Source of the DNA: Roseibacillus sp.
Lineage (GTDB): Bacteria; Verrucomicrobiota; Verrucomicrobiia; Verrucomicrobiales; Akkermansiaceae
NCBI GenBank assembly: GCA_965242925.1
Contig: CBDEUM010000038.1
Coordinates: 160,001-224,000, forward strand
Direction of reading: 5' to 3'
DNA length: 64,000 nucleotides
The notes below the pieces were generated by a model, which was not told the DNA's origin, searched no databases, and was given only the letters and a program-made list of their open reading frames with translations. Below, piece by piece: positions 41,571-51,476 of the stretch. The stretch's first letter is position 1, and each line of letters opens with the position of its first letter. A program made the position numbers and the translations under genes.

Positions 41571-42571
41571 AGGCCATGCAGACTTTCCGGGGCTTATCCT
41601 GTTTGCTGTTGCCGGTTCTGTCAGCTGGAGTTCTTTCCGCGCAGACGGAGGCCGGGAAGATTCAGGAGCGGAGCTATGAGTTCAAGGAGGCAGGCAGGGA
41701 AATCGACTACACTCTCTACGTGCCGCGTAGTTACAAGAAGTCCAGGAAGGCTCCCCTGCTCGTCCTGCTCCATGGCCTGGGGAGTAATCCGGACCAGGTG
41801 ATCCGTTACGAGGGGATCACGGATGAAGCGGAGGAGCGGGGTTATCTGGTGGTCGCCCCCTACGGCTACAACGAGCGGGGCTGGTATGGCAGCCAGGGAA
41901 AAGGAAAGGGCAATTTTCTGGGTGGGAGACCGGAGGATCCCGAGAATCTGGGAGAACTCAGCGAGAAGGATGTTCTGAATGTTCTCGGGATTGTGCGGAA
42001 GGAGTTCAACATTGATCCGCAACGCATCTATCTGGCCGGCCATTCGATGGGAGGAGGCGGAACGATCTATCTGGGAGCGGCACACTCCGGGATCTGGGCT
42101 GCCCTGGCGCCGATGTCCCCAGCCTACATGGGAAGTAGTGACATTCTTGAGAAGATCAAGGCCCCCGTCATGATTGTGACCGGGGAGAAGGACACGGTCG
42201 TGCCGGTGCAGATGGTGCGCCCCTTTGTCCAGCGGATGAAGGAGCTCAAGATGAACCACATCTACAAGGAAATTCCCGGTGGGAATCACGGTCCCACCAT
42301 CCACAACAATCCCGGATTGATGGCCGAGGTCTTTGACTTCTTTGATGGGAACTCACTCAAAAAGGAGCATCCGGCAGAGAGTGTGAAGGAGGCCTTCCGC
42401 ACCTTCACCAACAAGGGGGGCAGGACGATCACGGCGCGGATCGTGAGCAGCAGGGGAGAGAAGGTGACCATTGCGCGAAAGGACGGCAAAACCTTTGTCA
42501 TCCCGATCAGCTCGCTGAGTGAGGCAGACCAGGATTATGTGGCCAGGTGGGCAGAGAAGGAAGGCCCCTGA
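41567..42571 (+). CDS. Secreted alpha/beta hydrolase (esterase/peptidase) with C-terminal SHD1 domain
   Basis: PLLVLLHG, GHSMGGGG, GEKD.VVP, GGNHG; RTFTNKGGRTITARIV...LSEADQDYV matches the SHD1 pattern. Confidence 0.87.
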   Translation: MKAMQTFRGLSCLLLPVLSAGVLSAQTEAGKIQERSYEFKEAGREIDYTLYVPRSYKKSRKAPLLVLLHGLGSNPDQVIRYEGITDEAEERGYLVVAPYGYNERGWYGSQGKGKGNFLGGRPEDPENLGELSEKDVLNVLGIVRKEFNIDPQRIYLAGHSMGGGGTIYLGAAHSGIWAALAPMSPAYMGSSDILEKIKAPVMIVTGEKDTVVPVQMVRPFVQRMKELKMNHIYKEIPGGNHGPTIHNNPGLMAEVFDFFDGNSLKKEHPAESVKEAFRTFTNKGGRTITARIVSSRGEKVTIARKDGKTFVIPISSLSEADQDYVARWAEKEGP

Positions 42572-42583
42572 ATCGGAGGGCGC

Positions 42584-43363
42584 TTATCCGAACTTCTTGT
42601 GGGCCTCGTCATGGTCGATGAGGCGGGCGCGGATCAACCCATCGTCCAGTTTTTCACCGAAGGGATCGAGATAGACCCTGCTGGTGCGCTTCTTGTTCTT
42701 TGGCGACAGGCCAAAGACGTGGATGTTGAAGATAAAGGCTGGTTCATCCTCGGCCTTGAACCAGTGGACGTTGTCCTTCTCGTCGGAGATGCTGGAAGAC
42801 TGGCCCGGGACGAACTTGGAATCGATGGTGGGCTTGATGATCATGTGCTTCTCCTCATCGGTGATGCGGTCGTAATGGCGCCCGTGGAAATTGCCTTTCA
42901 GAATCAGGAAGGCCGTGGCCATGTTGTTGTGGCCGTGGGGCACGACCGAGCAGCCCTTCCTGAGGGCGAAGATCTGCTGGCCGAAGACGTAGCGTTCCGG
43001 TCCTCCCTGTAACTTGGGCATTCTGGGGCGATGGCTGCGCGCGCCGTTGTTCATCAGCTTCGGGTTCTTTGCGATAGCCTCGAAGTTGATGAGTTTAAGC
43101 AATTCAGGAAGGTCGATCTGATTGCTCAGGAGGTCCTCCACCTGCGTCTGCCACTGGGTTTGTTTGAGTTGCTGATCCTTCATCGAGAGCCCGATTTCAT
43201 TGACCTGGCTGAGCCACTTTTCAGTTGTGAGACGGGCCTCCTTGGCCAGAAGATTGCTGCTGCAGAGGTGCTCGAGGAGCGAGACGGTGAGCAGGGTCTG
43301 AATCGATTTCCTGCCGAAGTCACGGCGGGTAGTGACGAGGGCCTTATCGTGAGAGTCTTTCAT
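42584..43363 (-). CDS. Putative Tat-exported cupin (thiol dioxygenase-like) protein
   Basis: TRRDF near the N-terminus; VVPHGHNNM, DNVHWF, FIFNIHV. Confidence 0.7.
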   Translation of the reverse strand: MKDSHDKALVTTRRDFGRKSIQTLLTVSLLEHLCSSNLLAKEARLTTEKWLSQVNEIGLSMKDQQLKQTQWQTQVEDLLSNQIDLPELLKLINFEAIAKNPKLMNNGARSHRPRMPKLQGGPERYVFGQQIFALRKGCSVVPHGHNNMATAFLILKGNFHGRHYDRITDEEKHMIIKPTIDSKFVPGQSSSISDEKDNVHWFKAEDEPAFIFNIHVFGLSPKNKKRTSRVYLDPFGEKLDDGLIRARLIDHDEAHKKFG

Positions 43364-43371
43364 TGCTGCCC

Positions 43372-43400
43372 AGTCTTACCTGTATGGAGGGGAGGGTCAA
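43372..43400 (-). promoter_or_regulatory. Putative sigma70-type promoter for the cupin gene
   Basis: Minus strand TTGACC-N17-AAGACT, 8 nt before the ATG. Confidence 0.4.
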
Positions 43401-43421
43401 GGATGGGAGTCCTGTGCCGCC

Positions 43422-43805
43422 TCAATTGGCCCCCTGGCGAATCCAGCGGGCGAGGAGATCCGTTTCCCGGGCGTCGGGCATCTTGCCATCAGGCGGCATG
43501 TGGCCGTCCAAGACCATGTCGAGCAGGAGGCTTTCTCCCGGTTTTCCCGGGACGAGGGCGGGGCCGGTTTCTCCCCCCCTTCGCATGAGTTTGACGGAAC
43601 GGAGATCGAGTCCTGCTTCCTGCGCTTCCTGTCCGTGACATTCGATGCAATAGGTGACCATGAAGGGTTTGAGGTCTCGGTTGAAAGTGAGCGGGGCGTA
43701 GCCCGGAGGAGTCTTCGGGGTGCAACCGATCAGAAGGAGGGGATAGAGGAGCAGCGAGCACAGACGGGCAAGGCTGCCGGGAGAACCGCGGCGGGGTTCC
43801 TTCAT
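43422..43805 (-). CDS. Small stand-alone planctomycete-type cytochrome c, probable lipoprotein
   Basis: LLLIGC lipobox-like motif; FNRDLKP..CIECHG, GLDL, GGETGPALVPGKPGESLL, MPP, WIRQGA. Confidence 0.82.
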   Translation of the reverse strand: MKEPRRGSPGSLARLCSLLLYPLLLIGCTPKTPPGYAPLTFNRDLKPFMVTYCIECHGQEAQEAGLDLRSVKLMRRGGETGPALVPGKPGESLLLDMVLDGHMPPDGKMPDARETDLLARWIRQGAN

Positions 43806-43870
43806 GCGAAGGAGTTGGGTGCCGGTTTGGTCTGTGCCCACTTATGGTCAGGCGAAGGGGAAGCCTTCGC

Positions 43871-45268
43871 TCACTCGGTGTCGGGTTGCCCGCCGTTGGG
43901 AGGACTTGGTGGGGGAGCGGGAGTGAGCCCCAGTTCCTCTCCGAAACGATGCCGGACTTCGGGCGGAAGATCGGCTGTGCTCAGAGCCTGTTGGGCCGCC
44001 GGGCGATCGGCCTCGCTCCACTGGGTGAGGGTGTGGTGCATGAGTCCGAAGCGGCGGTCGTTCTCACTGACGCTCTCGGCCCAGGCAAAGGCGGCACCCG
44101 GATCAGAGTGGACGGTCATGTGGACCACGCGTTCGGACGCTCCGTCCCGCGTGTTGCCAGGAGGCAGGGATTTGACCCATTCGCCGGCCGCCATGCTGTC
44201 AATGCGCATCCACTGTTCGGTGACATCACCGACTGCTCCGCGGCGGATGGCGCCGCGTTCAGGGAGGGTCAGGGCCCACTGCGCGGCTTCCGCCGGACTG
44301 GAGGAGGACCAGACAGAGGCGACTTCCTGGGCCATGTGGCGATACTCGCGGTTGATGGGGCCGGCAGCAGGCAGGTCATTGGCTATTTCGTGGTAGAGGG
44401 TGGCGGCCTCCGAGGGATTGTGCTCAGCCACCGTGCGCAGGACGGCTCGGGTGGCCCTCTGCTGGTCGCCGGGTTCAAGGTCGCGGGCCCACTCCAGGGC
44501 TTCCTGCAGATCCCGCTCCGCCCAGCGGCGCGCCACCGCCTCAAGGACATGGTGACGCTCATCGGGGCTCTCCAGGGAGTCGGTGGTAAAAGCGGCGGCC
44601 TCGGCGGGGTCATGCTCAGCCCATGAGGAAGCAACGCCCCGGAGGGCCCGCATCCGCAGAGCCGGATCATCCAGCGCCATGCTCCATTCGAGGGCTGCAC
44701 TGCGATCGGTTTCCGCCCAGCGGTGGCTCAGGTCGCGCAGGAGGTGGAGGCTATGCTCGGAACCGGGTAACTGGGCGACATAGTCTGCTGCGGAAGCAGG
44801 GTCCTCCTCGGACCAGTGCCGCAGGATATCCTCCATGGTTGAGAACCGGTCCCGGCCGGTGAGGCCTTCACTCCAGCGCAGGGCGGCGGTGGGGTCGCTA
44901 CGACCCCATCGAGAGGCCAGGCGATGGAGGGCCTCACGCCGCCGGGGCCCGTGCGGCATGGCCAGGATGGTTCGGGCTGCGGCTGCGAAATTGGCAGGCC
45001 TGCCCTGTTCCAGGTTCTCAATGAGATTCCGGAGGACGTCGTTTTCTCCTTCAGGGTTGCGTTGTTCTTCCGGATTTTCGCCGGGGTTCTCCCGGGTGGA
45101 CTCCCCGGATCGGTTGCGATCCGAGCTGCTCTTGCGTGCGAGGGTCAGCGCTTCCGTTGTCCCCTCCCTTTCCGTTGCTCCCGATGATGAGAACAGAAAA
45201 TGATCCAGGGCCATTCCGATTGAGAAGGATCCGGCGGCAACTAGCAGGAGGGTGACTTTGGCGGACAT
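43871..45268 (-). CDS. Helical-repeat hypothetical protein
   Basis: N-terminal anchor; about 8 repeats of about 36 aa with the pattern W-x3-DP-x-AA-x2-W-x3-L. Confidence 0.8.
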   Translation of the reverse strand: MSAKVTLLLVAAGSFSIGMALDHFLFSSSGATEREGTTEALTLARKSSSDRNRSGESTRENPGENPEEQRNPEGENDVLRNLIENLEQGRPANFAAAARTILAMPHGPRRREALHRLASRWGRSDPTAALRWSEGLTGRDRFSTMEDILRHWSEEDPASAADYVAQLPGSEHSLHLLRDLSHRWAETDRSAALEWSMALDDPALRMRALRGVASSWAEHDPAEAAAFTTDSLESPDERHHVLEAVARRWAERDLQEALEWARDLEPGDQQRATRAVLRTVAEHNPSEAATLYHEIANDLPAAGPINREYRHMAQEVASVWSSSSPAEAAQWALTLPERGAIRRGAVGDVTEQWMRIDSMAAGEWVKSLPPGNTRDGASERVVHMTVHSDPGAAFAWAESVSENDRRFGLMHHTLTQWSEADRPAAQQALSTADLPPEVRHRFGEELGLTPAPPPSPPNGGQPDTE

Positions 45269-45290
45269 GAAAAAATGCTGGTTCAGTATG

Positions 45291-46619
45291 TCACTTTGCC
45301 TGACCGAGGGCCACCTTGTTCTTCTCGATTCCGGAGAGACGACGCTCGGCCAGTTTTTGCAGAGTCGAAACTCTTTCAGGATGGTCCATGCTCACATCGA
45401 TTTTTTCCTCGATGTCTTTTTCCAGATTGAAAAGGGCAGGGCCGGGGGCTCCCTTCAGTCCGGCGTGGCGGCGGTCGGGGAAGAGCTTCCAGGACCCCAT
45501 CCGGATGGCCTGGAACCCATCACCCCCGTGCCAGTAGAGGAGGTCCTGGCGAGCATGAGGAATGCCCTCCTTCCCCCGGAGCGTTGGCCAGACATTGAGG
45601 CCATCGATGACCGGGCTGCCCTTGCTGTGTTTTCGAAGATCGATGCCGCAGGCATGGGCCAGAGTGGGGAGAAGGTCGATCGCGGAGATAAGGGCAGCGC
45701 TCTCCCGTCCGGGCTTGATGAATCCCGGGTAGCGAACCATGCAGGGAACGCGGGTGCCGCCCTCGAGGGCGGACCATTTCCTGCCCCGGAAGGGATCAGC
45801 CTTCGATTCCCTGGTGAGGGGTTCCGGTCCGTTGTCGGAAAGAAACACCACGATGGTGTCCTTCTCAAGGTGCTGCTCCTTGAGGGTGTCGAGTACTTGA
45901 CCGATACGGTGATCGAGTTCCTCTACGACGTCACCGAAGACGCCGAAGCGTGATTTCCCCTTCCATTCAGGATGGGCCTGGACCGGAAAGTGGGGGGCGG
46001 TGTAGGGGAGGTAGAGGAAGAAGGGTCGTTCTTCATTGGTCTGGAGAAACTTGATGGCTTCGGTGGTAAAGATCTCAGTCAGCCGGCGATTGTCGAATGG
46101 CTTGGCGATCACCTCATCGTCACGCCAGAGCTCCTTGGTCTGGTTGTTGCTCTTGTTGAGGTAGCAGGTGGACTCGAATCCCTGGCGGTGAGGGCGGAGG
46201 GGTGGTTCGTCACCAAGGTGCCACTTGCCAAACATCCCGGTTCTGTATCCCGAAGCCTTGAAGATTTCGGCCATGGTGAGGGCTTCCGGATTCAGTCCCT
46301 GCCCCTTTTTCATCATGTAGCCCACCACGCCCCTGGTCCAGCCGAGTCGGGCCGGGTAGGCGCCGGTAAGTAGCGCCATGCGCGAGGGTGTGCAAACCGT
46401 GGCACCTGAATGGAAGCTGGTCAGTTTCACGCCCTCCCGTGCAAGGCGATCCAGGACAGGGGTCCTTATCCGGGGGTGACCGTAACAGGAAAGATCATGG
46501 TAACCGAGGTCGTCCGCCATGATGAGGACGACGTTGGGGCGACGTTGTCCGCCGGTAGCGACATCCGGGATGGCGAGGGTGACGGCTAGGAAGGAGCAAA
46601 GAAGGTAATACGTTTTCAT
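45291..46619 (-). CDS. Sulfatase (S1, formylglycine-dependent, Cys-type)
   Basis: PNVVLIMADDLGY, CTPSRMALLTG, GKWHLG, SDNG, EGGTRVP. Confidence 0.95.
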   Translation of the reverse strand: MKTYYLLCSFLAVTLAIPDVATGGQRRPNVVLIMADDLGYHDLSCYGHPRIRTPVLDRLAREGVKLTSFHSGATVCTPSRMALLTGAYPARLGWTRGVVGYMMKKGQGLNPEALTMAEIFKASGYRTGMFGKWHLGDEPPLRPHRQGFESTCYLNKSNNQTKELWRDDEVIAKPFDNRRLTEIFTTEAIKFLQTNEERPFFLYLPYTAPHFPVQAHPEWKGKSRFGVFGDVVEELDHRIGQVLDTLKEQHLEKDTIVVFLSDNGPEPLTRESKADPFRGRKWSALEGGTRVPCMVRYPGFIKPGRESAALISAIDLLPTLAHACGIDLRKHSKGSPVIDGLNVWPTLRGKEGIPHARQDLLYWHGGDGFQAIRMGSWKLFPDRRHAGLKGAPGPALFNLEKDIEEKIDVSMDHPERVSTLQKLAERRLSGIEKNKVALGQAK

Positions 46620-46754
46620 GCAGGGATCGAAGGCGTCACATGGAAATGATCCGCATCCGCTGCCCAAGCTAGCAGGGTGGTGTTGATGCGAAAGATCCGC
46701 TTTGCAGGATCCCCCTCCGGGGGAATTGGGGTAGGAACGGGATGGGGAGGAAGG

Positions 46755-49700
46755 CTATTTTCCTGATGACTGCTCTTTGCTCAGGAGGGCGGGTTGCTCC
46801 GGAGCACGATAGAAGGGGCTCCCATACCAGGATAAAAACCTGCGGCACAGTTTTCCGATGTCATCGGCGGTAAGGAGAACACAGGGGATGAGGAAGAGAG
46901 TGATGCCGGTGGCGAAGAGGACTCCGTAGGCGAGGGAAACAGCCATGGGGATCAGGAACTGGGCCTGCAGGGAGTTGTCGAACATGAGTGGAATCAGTCC
47001 GACGAAGGTGGTGACTGAGGTGAGAAAGATGGGTCGGAAGCGCTGGCGACCGGATTGCTGCACCGCAGAAAGCAATGGAACGCCGCGTCGGATTCGTTGA
47101 TTGATGTCATCGACCATGACCAGGGAGTCGTTCACAACCACACCCGCCATGGCGAGAATCCCGAAGAGGGAGAGGTCGGAGGGAGTGATGTCCATGATGA
47201 TGTGACCCAGCAGGGCGCCGATGACACCAAACGGAACGACGATCAGGATGTAGAGCGGTTGCAGGATGGACTGGAAGGGGATCGCGAGGAGGGCAAAGAG
47301 AGCAAACATGAGAGCCACACTGCCAATGATGAGTCGCTTCTTGGTCTCCTCCGCCTCGGCCACGGCACCGGTGAAGACGATGTGGAGGTCTTCGTGGTCA
47401 CGGAGCAGGTCATCGGTGCGTGACTTGAGCGACTTCGCAATACGGACAAGGTCAACGCTCTTGTCCTTCGGTTCCGCACCGATGCGGACAACCTCGGCCC
47501 TGTCATTACGCTCGATAAAGGTCGGGGCTTGGACGAAATTGGTCTTAGCCACTGTGAAGAGGGGGACTTCCGCGCCTGCAGCCGTGCGGATCTTCATTTT
47601 TTCCAGGGTGTTGAAGGTCTCGCGTTGCTTCTTGGGGAGGCGGACCATGACGCGGTATTCGTCGTGGCCACGGAAGACGCGCTGGGCCTCCTCTCCATAG
47701 AAGGCCCGGCGAACCTGGTAGGCCAGAGCCTGCTGGGTCACGCCCAGTTCCGTCCCGCGGGGGGTGAGGCTAAGTTCGACCTCGGTTTGTGGTCGTCGCT
47801 GGTTCACCCAGGCATCGGCGATACCATCATAGCCCTCCAGCATGCGTTCAATCTGCTTGGCGAGATCCCGTTTTGCGTCCGAGGCAGGTCCCCGTAGCTC
47901 CATCTCGAGCGGATCAGTTTCCTTTTCCCCATCGTCACCCCGGGTCTTTTCCGTTCGGATCTTGAGGGTTGCATTGTCCGGGAGTTCACCGATGAGTTCA
48001 CGCCAGCGCTTGATTACAACGTCATTGCTGGGACCCGGGACAGTGCGCACCCCGGGTGGCATCAGGCCGAGGAAGGTGATTGAGTGCGCCTTGTTGTAGG
48101 AGTGGTGGCGGCGTGGGTGGTCGGTACCGATGAGTCGCCAGTGGTTGGTCACGATCGAGCCTTCACTGGGATCGACGAACTCGGTGCGCATCTTCTCGGC
48201 GGCATCGGTGATGCGGTCCGTGTATTCCCGCGTGGTATCGAGGGAGACATGTTCAGGGAGTTTCAGGACGGCGGAGATTTCGGGACGTTCCACCGAGGGA
48301 ATGGAGACGTAGCCGAGGCGACCGCCCGTGAAATAGCCAAGCATGAGGAGACCCATGCAGACAAAAAGCGCGATGGCAGCTACCCGGTGGGCGATCACGA
48401 GTTTGAGAGTCGGTGCGTAGGCCTTGTCGATGAAGATCTGGAGTCCGGCCGCGGCGACCCGTTGCACCTTGCGAATGGGGCTGCGAACCTTGGCCGTGCT
48501 GGTCTTGAGGTGCTTGAGGTGAGCCGGGAGGATGAGCTTGGACTCGACCAGGGAAAAGAGGAGAACCGGGGCGACCACAAAGGGGATCTGGCGTGCAAAA
48601 TTCCCCGTCATGCCGTCGAAGAAGAGAAGGGGCAGGAAGGCGACAATGGTGGTGAGGATTCCGAAGGTGACCGGGACGGTGACAGCCTTGGTGCCCTCAA
48701 TGGCAGCCTCTAGGGGGGGGTCGCCACGTTGGAGGCGGGTATAGACACTCTCTCCGGTCACGATGGCATCGTCCACCACCACTCCGACCACGATGATAAA
48801 ACCGAACAGGCTCATCATATTGGCGGAAATACCGAAGAGCTGCATCACCACGATTCCACCGGCAAAACTGATGGGGATACCGACGACCACCCAGAAGGCG
48901 AGTTGAGGCCGCAGGAAGAGGCCGAGCACGATCATGACGAGGAGAGCGCCCTGGAAGAGAGAGCTCCCCATGGTTTCGAGGCGGGATTTCAGGCTGAGAG
49001 CACGGTCGGCATGGGTGCTCAGGATGATCCCTTCAGGAAAACGGCCGCCGGAATCGTCGACGTACTCGTGGACCTGCTCGGCAATCTTGAGGGCATTTTC
49101 ATTTCCGATACGTCCCACGTCGATGCGGACAGCGGGACGGCGATTGAACTCGGAGATGAACTTCTCCTCGTCATTGGTGTCGGTGATGGTGGTGGCGATT
49201 TCCCCGAGAGTGAGACGCGCTCCGTTGGAGGCGCGCACCGTGATGGAGGCGAATTCTTCGAGGCTGTAGGCCTGGCCCCTGGTCCGGATGTCGAGGCGAC
49301 CGGTGGGGCCGTCAATGGCCCCGGCGGGGAGGTCGATGGAAGATTGCCGGATGGCGTTGGCCACCGCATCTGGAGTGAGGCTGTAGGCTTCCAGCTTCTC
49401 AGTGTTAAGCTCGATGGCTATGCGATGTTCCCTGGGCAGGAAGGCGCGTACGCGGCTGATGCCATCCAGGGCGAGGAGATCGTCGCGGACGCGCTTGGCG
49501 GCGGTGTGGAGTTCATCCTCGGGAAGATCGCCGGTGACTACCACCCAGATGACGGACTTGTAGTCGCTCCTGCTGGGGACCCGGATATGGAAGGGTTCGT
49601 TGGGGGCGGGAATGTTGCTGATGGTCTTGAGGAGGGAGTCGATGTCCTCTTTCAGTTCCCGCAGGTCCTTGCCTTTTCTCGCCTCTACATAGATCCGGGC

Positions 49701-49961
49701 CTGCCCGCGGTCGGCATCCGTATTGAGTTGCTTGACGCCGTCGAGGGATTCCAGGGCGTTTTCGACCGGAACGAGGATCTCCCGCTGGACATCGGTCGGG
49801 CTGGCTCCGGGATATTTCTTCGAGATATAGACCGATCCCCACGGTTCGTCCGGTTCCATCTCAAGCGTGATCTGGAAGAAGGCGACGTAAATTCCGGCCA
49901 GCAGGATGCCGGCCATGAGGAGGTTGGCGGCGATGCCGTTCTTGGCGAACCAGGAGATCAT
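46755..49961 (-). CDS. RND efflux transporter permease (AcrB/AcrD/AcrF family)
   Basis: Start MISWFAKNGIAANLLM; VVDDAIV, VVNDSLV, RFRPIFLTSVTT; two large periplasmic loops. Confidence 0.94.
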   Translation of the reverse strand: MISWFAKNGIAANLLMAGILLAGIYVAFFQITLEMEPDEPWGSVYISKKYPGASPTDVQREILVPVENALESLDGVKQLNTDADRGQARIYVEARKGKDLRELKEDIDSLLKTISNIPAPNEPFHIRVPSRSDYKSVIWVVVTGDLPEDELHTAAKRVRDDLLALDGISRVRAFLPREHRIAIELNTEKLEAYSLTPDAVANAIRQSSIDLPAGAIDGPTGRLDIRTRGQAYSLEEFASITVRASNGARLTLGEIATTITDTNDEEKFISEFNRRPAVRIDVGRIGNENALKIAEQVHEYVDDSGGRFPEGIILSTHADRALSLKSRLETMGSSLFQGALLVMIVLGLFLRPQLAFWVVVGIPISFAGGIVVMQLFGISANMMSLFGFIIVVGVVVDDAIVTGESVYTRLQRGDPPLEAAIEGTKAVTVPVTFGILTTIVAFLPLLFFDGMTGNFARQIPFVVAPVLLFSLVESKLILPAHLKHLKTSTAKVRSPIRKVQRVAAAGLQIFIDKAYAPTLKLVIAHRVAAIALFVCMGLLMLGYFTGGRLGYVSIPSVERPEISAVLKLPEHVSLDTTREYTDRITDAAEKMRTEFVDPSEGSIVTNHWRLIGTDHPRRHHSYNKAHSITFLGLMPPGVRTVPGPSNDVVIKRWRELIGELPDNATLKIRTEKTRGDDGEKETDPLEMELRGPASDAKRDLAKQIERMLEGYDGIADAWVNQRRPQTEVELSLTPRGTELGVTQQALAYQVRRAFYGEEAQRVFRGHDEYRVMVRLPKKQRETFNTLEKMKIRTAAGAEVPLFTVAKTNFVQAPTFIERNDRAEVVRIGAEPKDKSVDLVRIAKSLKSRTDDLLRDHEDLHIVFTGAVAEAEETKKRLIIGSVALMFALFALLAIPFQSILQPLYILIVVPFGVIGALLGHIIMDITPSDLSLFGILAMAGVVVNDSLVMVDDINQRIRRGVPLLSAVQQSGRQRFRPIFLTSVTTFVGLIPLMFDNSLQAQFLIPMAVSLAYGVLFATGITLFLIPCVLLTADDIGKLCRRFLSWYGSPFYRAPEQPALLSKEQSSGK

Positions 49962-49968
49962 TTGCCCG

Positions 49969-51264
49969 TCATTTCTCCGGTTTCTTGTCGGCCTGAGTGA
50001 CTGTTTTGTTCTCCCTGTCCTTCTCAGGCGCTTCCTCGGGGACGTTGTCCTCCACCACCACGATATTTCCGCCGTCGGGGGCATAAACGAGGCGGGTGAG
50101 AACCAGGAGAGTGCCATCCTCGAGGGAAGAGCTCTTGAAGACGATGTGATCGTCGTCAGAGTGGAGGGGACGGATGTAGGCCGTTTCGAGTTTCATGGTC
50201 TCTGGGTTGACGACACGGATGCGGCTGAGTCGGGAGACCGCTTCACGGGGAATGACGAAGACATCCTCGAGCATCTTGCCCGGAATGGCGGCGGTGACCG
50301 GTTGGCCGACGCGAAGGGGAGTCTTCTCTGACTTCAATCCGTAGGGGTCTTCAATGCGGGCGATGGCAAATAGTTCGAGGGTGCTGGCGTCGAGGGCTCC
50401 TTCGGTGCGGAGAATGCTGGCATCCCATGTGGTGGTGGAGTCCTCATCGAGACCATCCTGCAGGGTGACGGAGAGTGGTGGATCGTCGGTGTCTTCGGGC
50501 AGGGTGAGGTCCCCGAGGCGGAGGGTGGATACCGGGAGGCGAACTTCACTGTAATCGGTCGCAAAGATTCCTCCGAGTGGAGTGCCTGCCCCGATGGTCT
50601 GCCCCACTCCGACCGTGCGGGTGAGGACGCGGCCGTCAAAAGGAGCAGTGACCTTGGTTCGTTCCAGATTGCGCAGCGCACTGGCCTCCTGGGCGTGAGC
50701 CAGAGCAAGAGTCTGGCGGGCAGCCTTGAGTTGTGGTTCGCGCCGGACGAGAGCGCTGGGTTCGTCCTTGTAGCCGAGATCCTTCCAGTCCAGGCGAGCC
50801 TGCTCAGCGAGAGCCTCTTCCTTGTCGAGGTTGAGTTGAGCGCTGGCCACCTGCGCCTGAGCGGCGATCAAAGCGACCTGGAAATCGATGGGATTGATTT
50901 CCAGGAGGATATCATCTTTCTTGAAAAAGGCCCCTTCCTCGAAAGTGGGATGAATGGCCTGCACCCGGCCGGAGACCTGGGCGGTGAAAGTGACCAGGCT
51001 ATGGGCCCGAATGTGACCCTGGGTGGGAACGAGCATCTGGTAGTCCTGCCGTTTCAGTTCGTGGACCCGGGCCTCGATGGGCTTGGCTTCCGGTCGGGGT
51101 GGAGCTTCTTCCGGCTGTTCAATGGAGAGCTTGCCGTAACCAATGACCCCTATCACCAGCAGGACGATCGGGAGAACGATGCGCGCTACGATCCCAAGCA
51201 CCTTTGGACGCGGACTCTCTTCCGGAGTCACGAAGGGTGAAGGATGGTCGTCGGAGGGCTGCAT
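49969..51264 (-). CDS. RND periplasmic adaptor (membrane fusion protein)
   Basis: TM anchor, QVSGRV, alpha-hairpin, TKVTAPFDG; directly upstream of the permease. Confidence 0.92.
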   Translation of the reverse strand: MQPSDDHPSPFVTPEESPRPKVLGIVARIVLPIVLLVIGVIGYGKLSIEQPEEAPPRPEAKPIEARVHELKRQDYQMLVPTQGHIRAHSLVTFTAQVSGRVQAIHPTFEEGAFFKKDDILLEINPIDFQVALIAAQAQVASAQLNLDKEEALAEQARLDWKDLGYKDEPSALVRREPQLKAARQTLALAHAQEASALRNLERTKVTAPFDGRVLTRTVGVGQTIGAGTPLGGIFATDYSEVRLPVSTLRLGDLTLPEDTDDPPLSVTLQDGLDEDSTTTWDASILRTEGALDASTLELFAIARIEDPYGLKSEKTPLRVGQPVTAAIPGKMLEDVFVIPREAVSRLSRIRVVNPETMKLETAYIRPLHSDDDHIVFKSSSLEDGTLLVLTRLVYAPDGGNIVVVEDNVPEEAPEKDRENKTVTQADKKPEK

Positions 51265-51476
51265 CTTGATATTGAGTGGATACTACAGGCCGGTCCGTTC
51301 AGCAATGGTAAGGGCCAACAGGCCTGCGAGGGCTGCCTGATAGCACCAAAGCACTGAAAATAAGGTCCCGGTGACTGGATTTGAAGTTCTCTGAGTAGTG
51401 CGTAAAGAGGAGGCGCCTTCCGCAGGATCTGGCGAGACTTGTCGGGTCAGGTGCAATCTGGCTGGATGTGCTTCGC

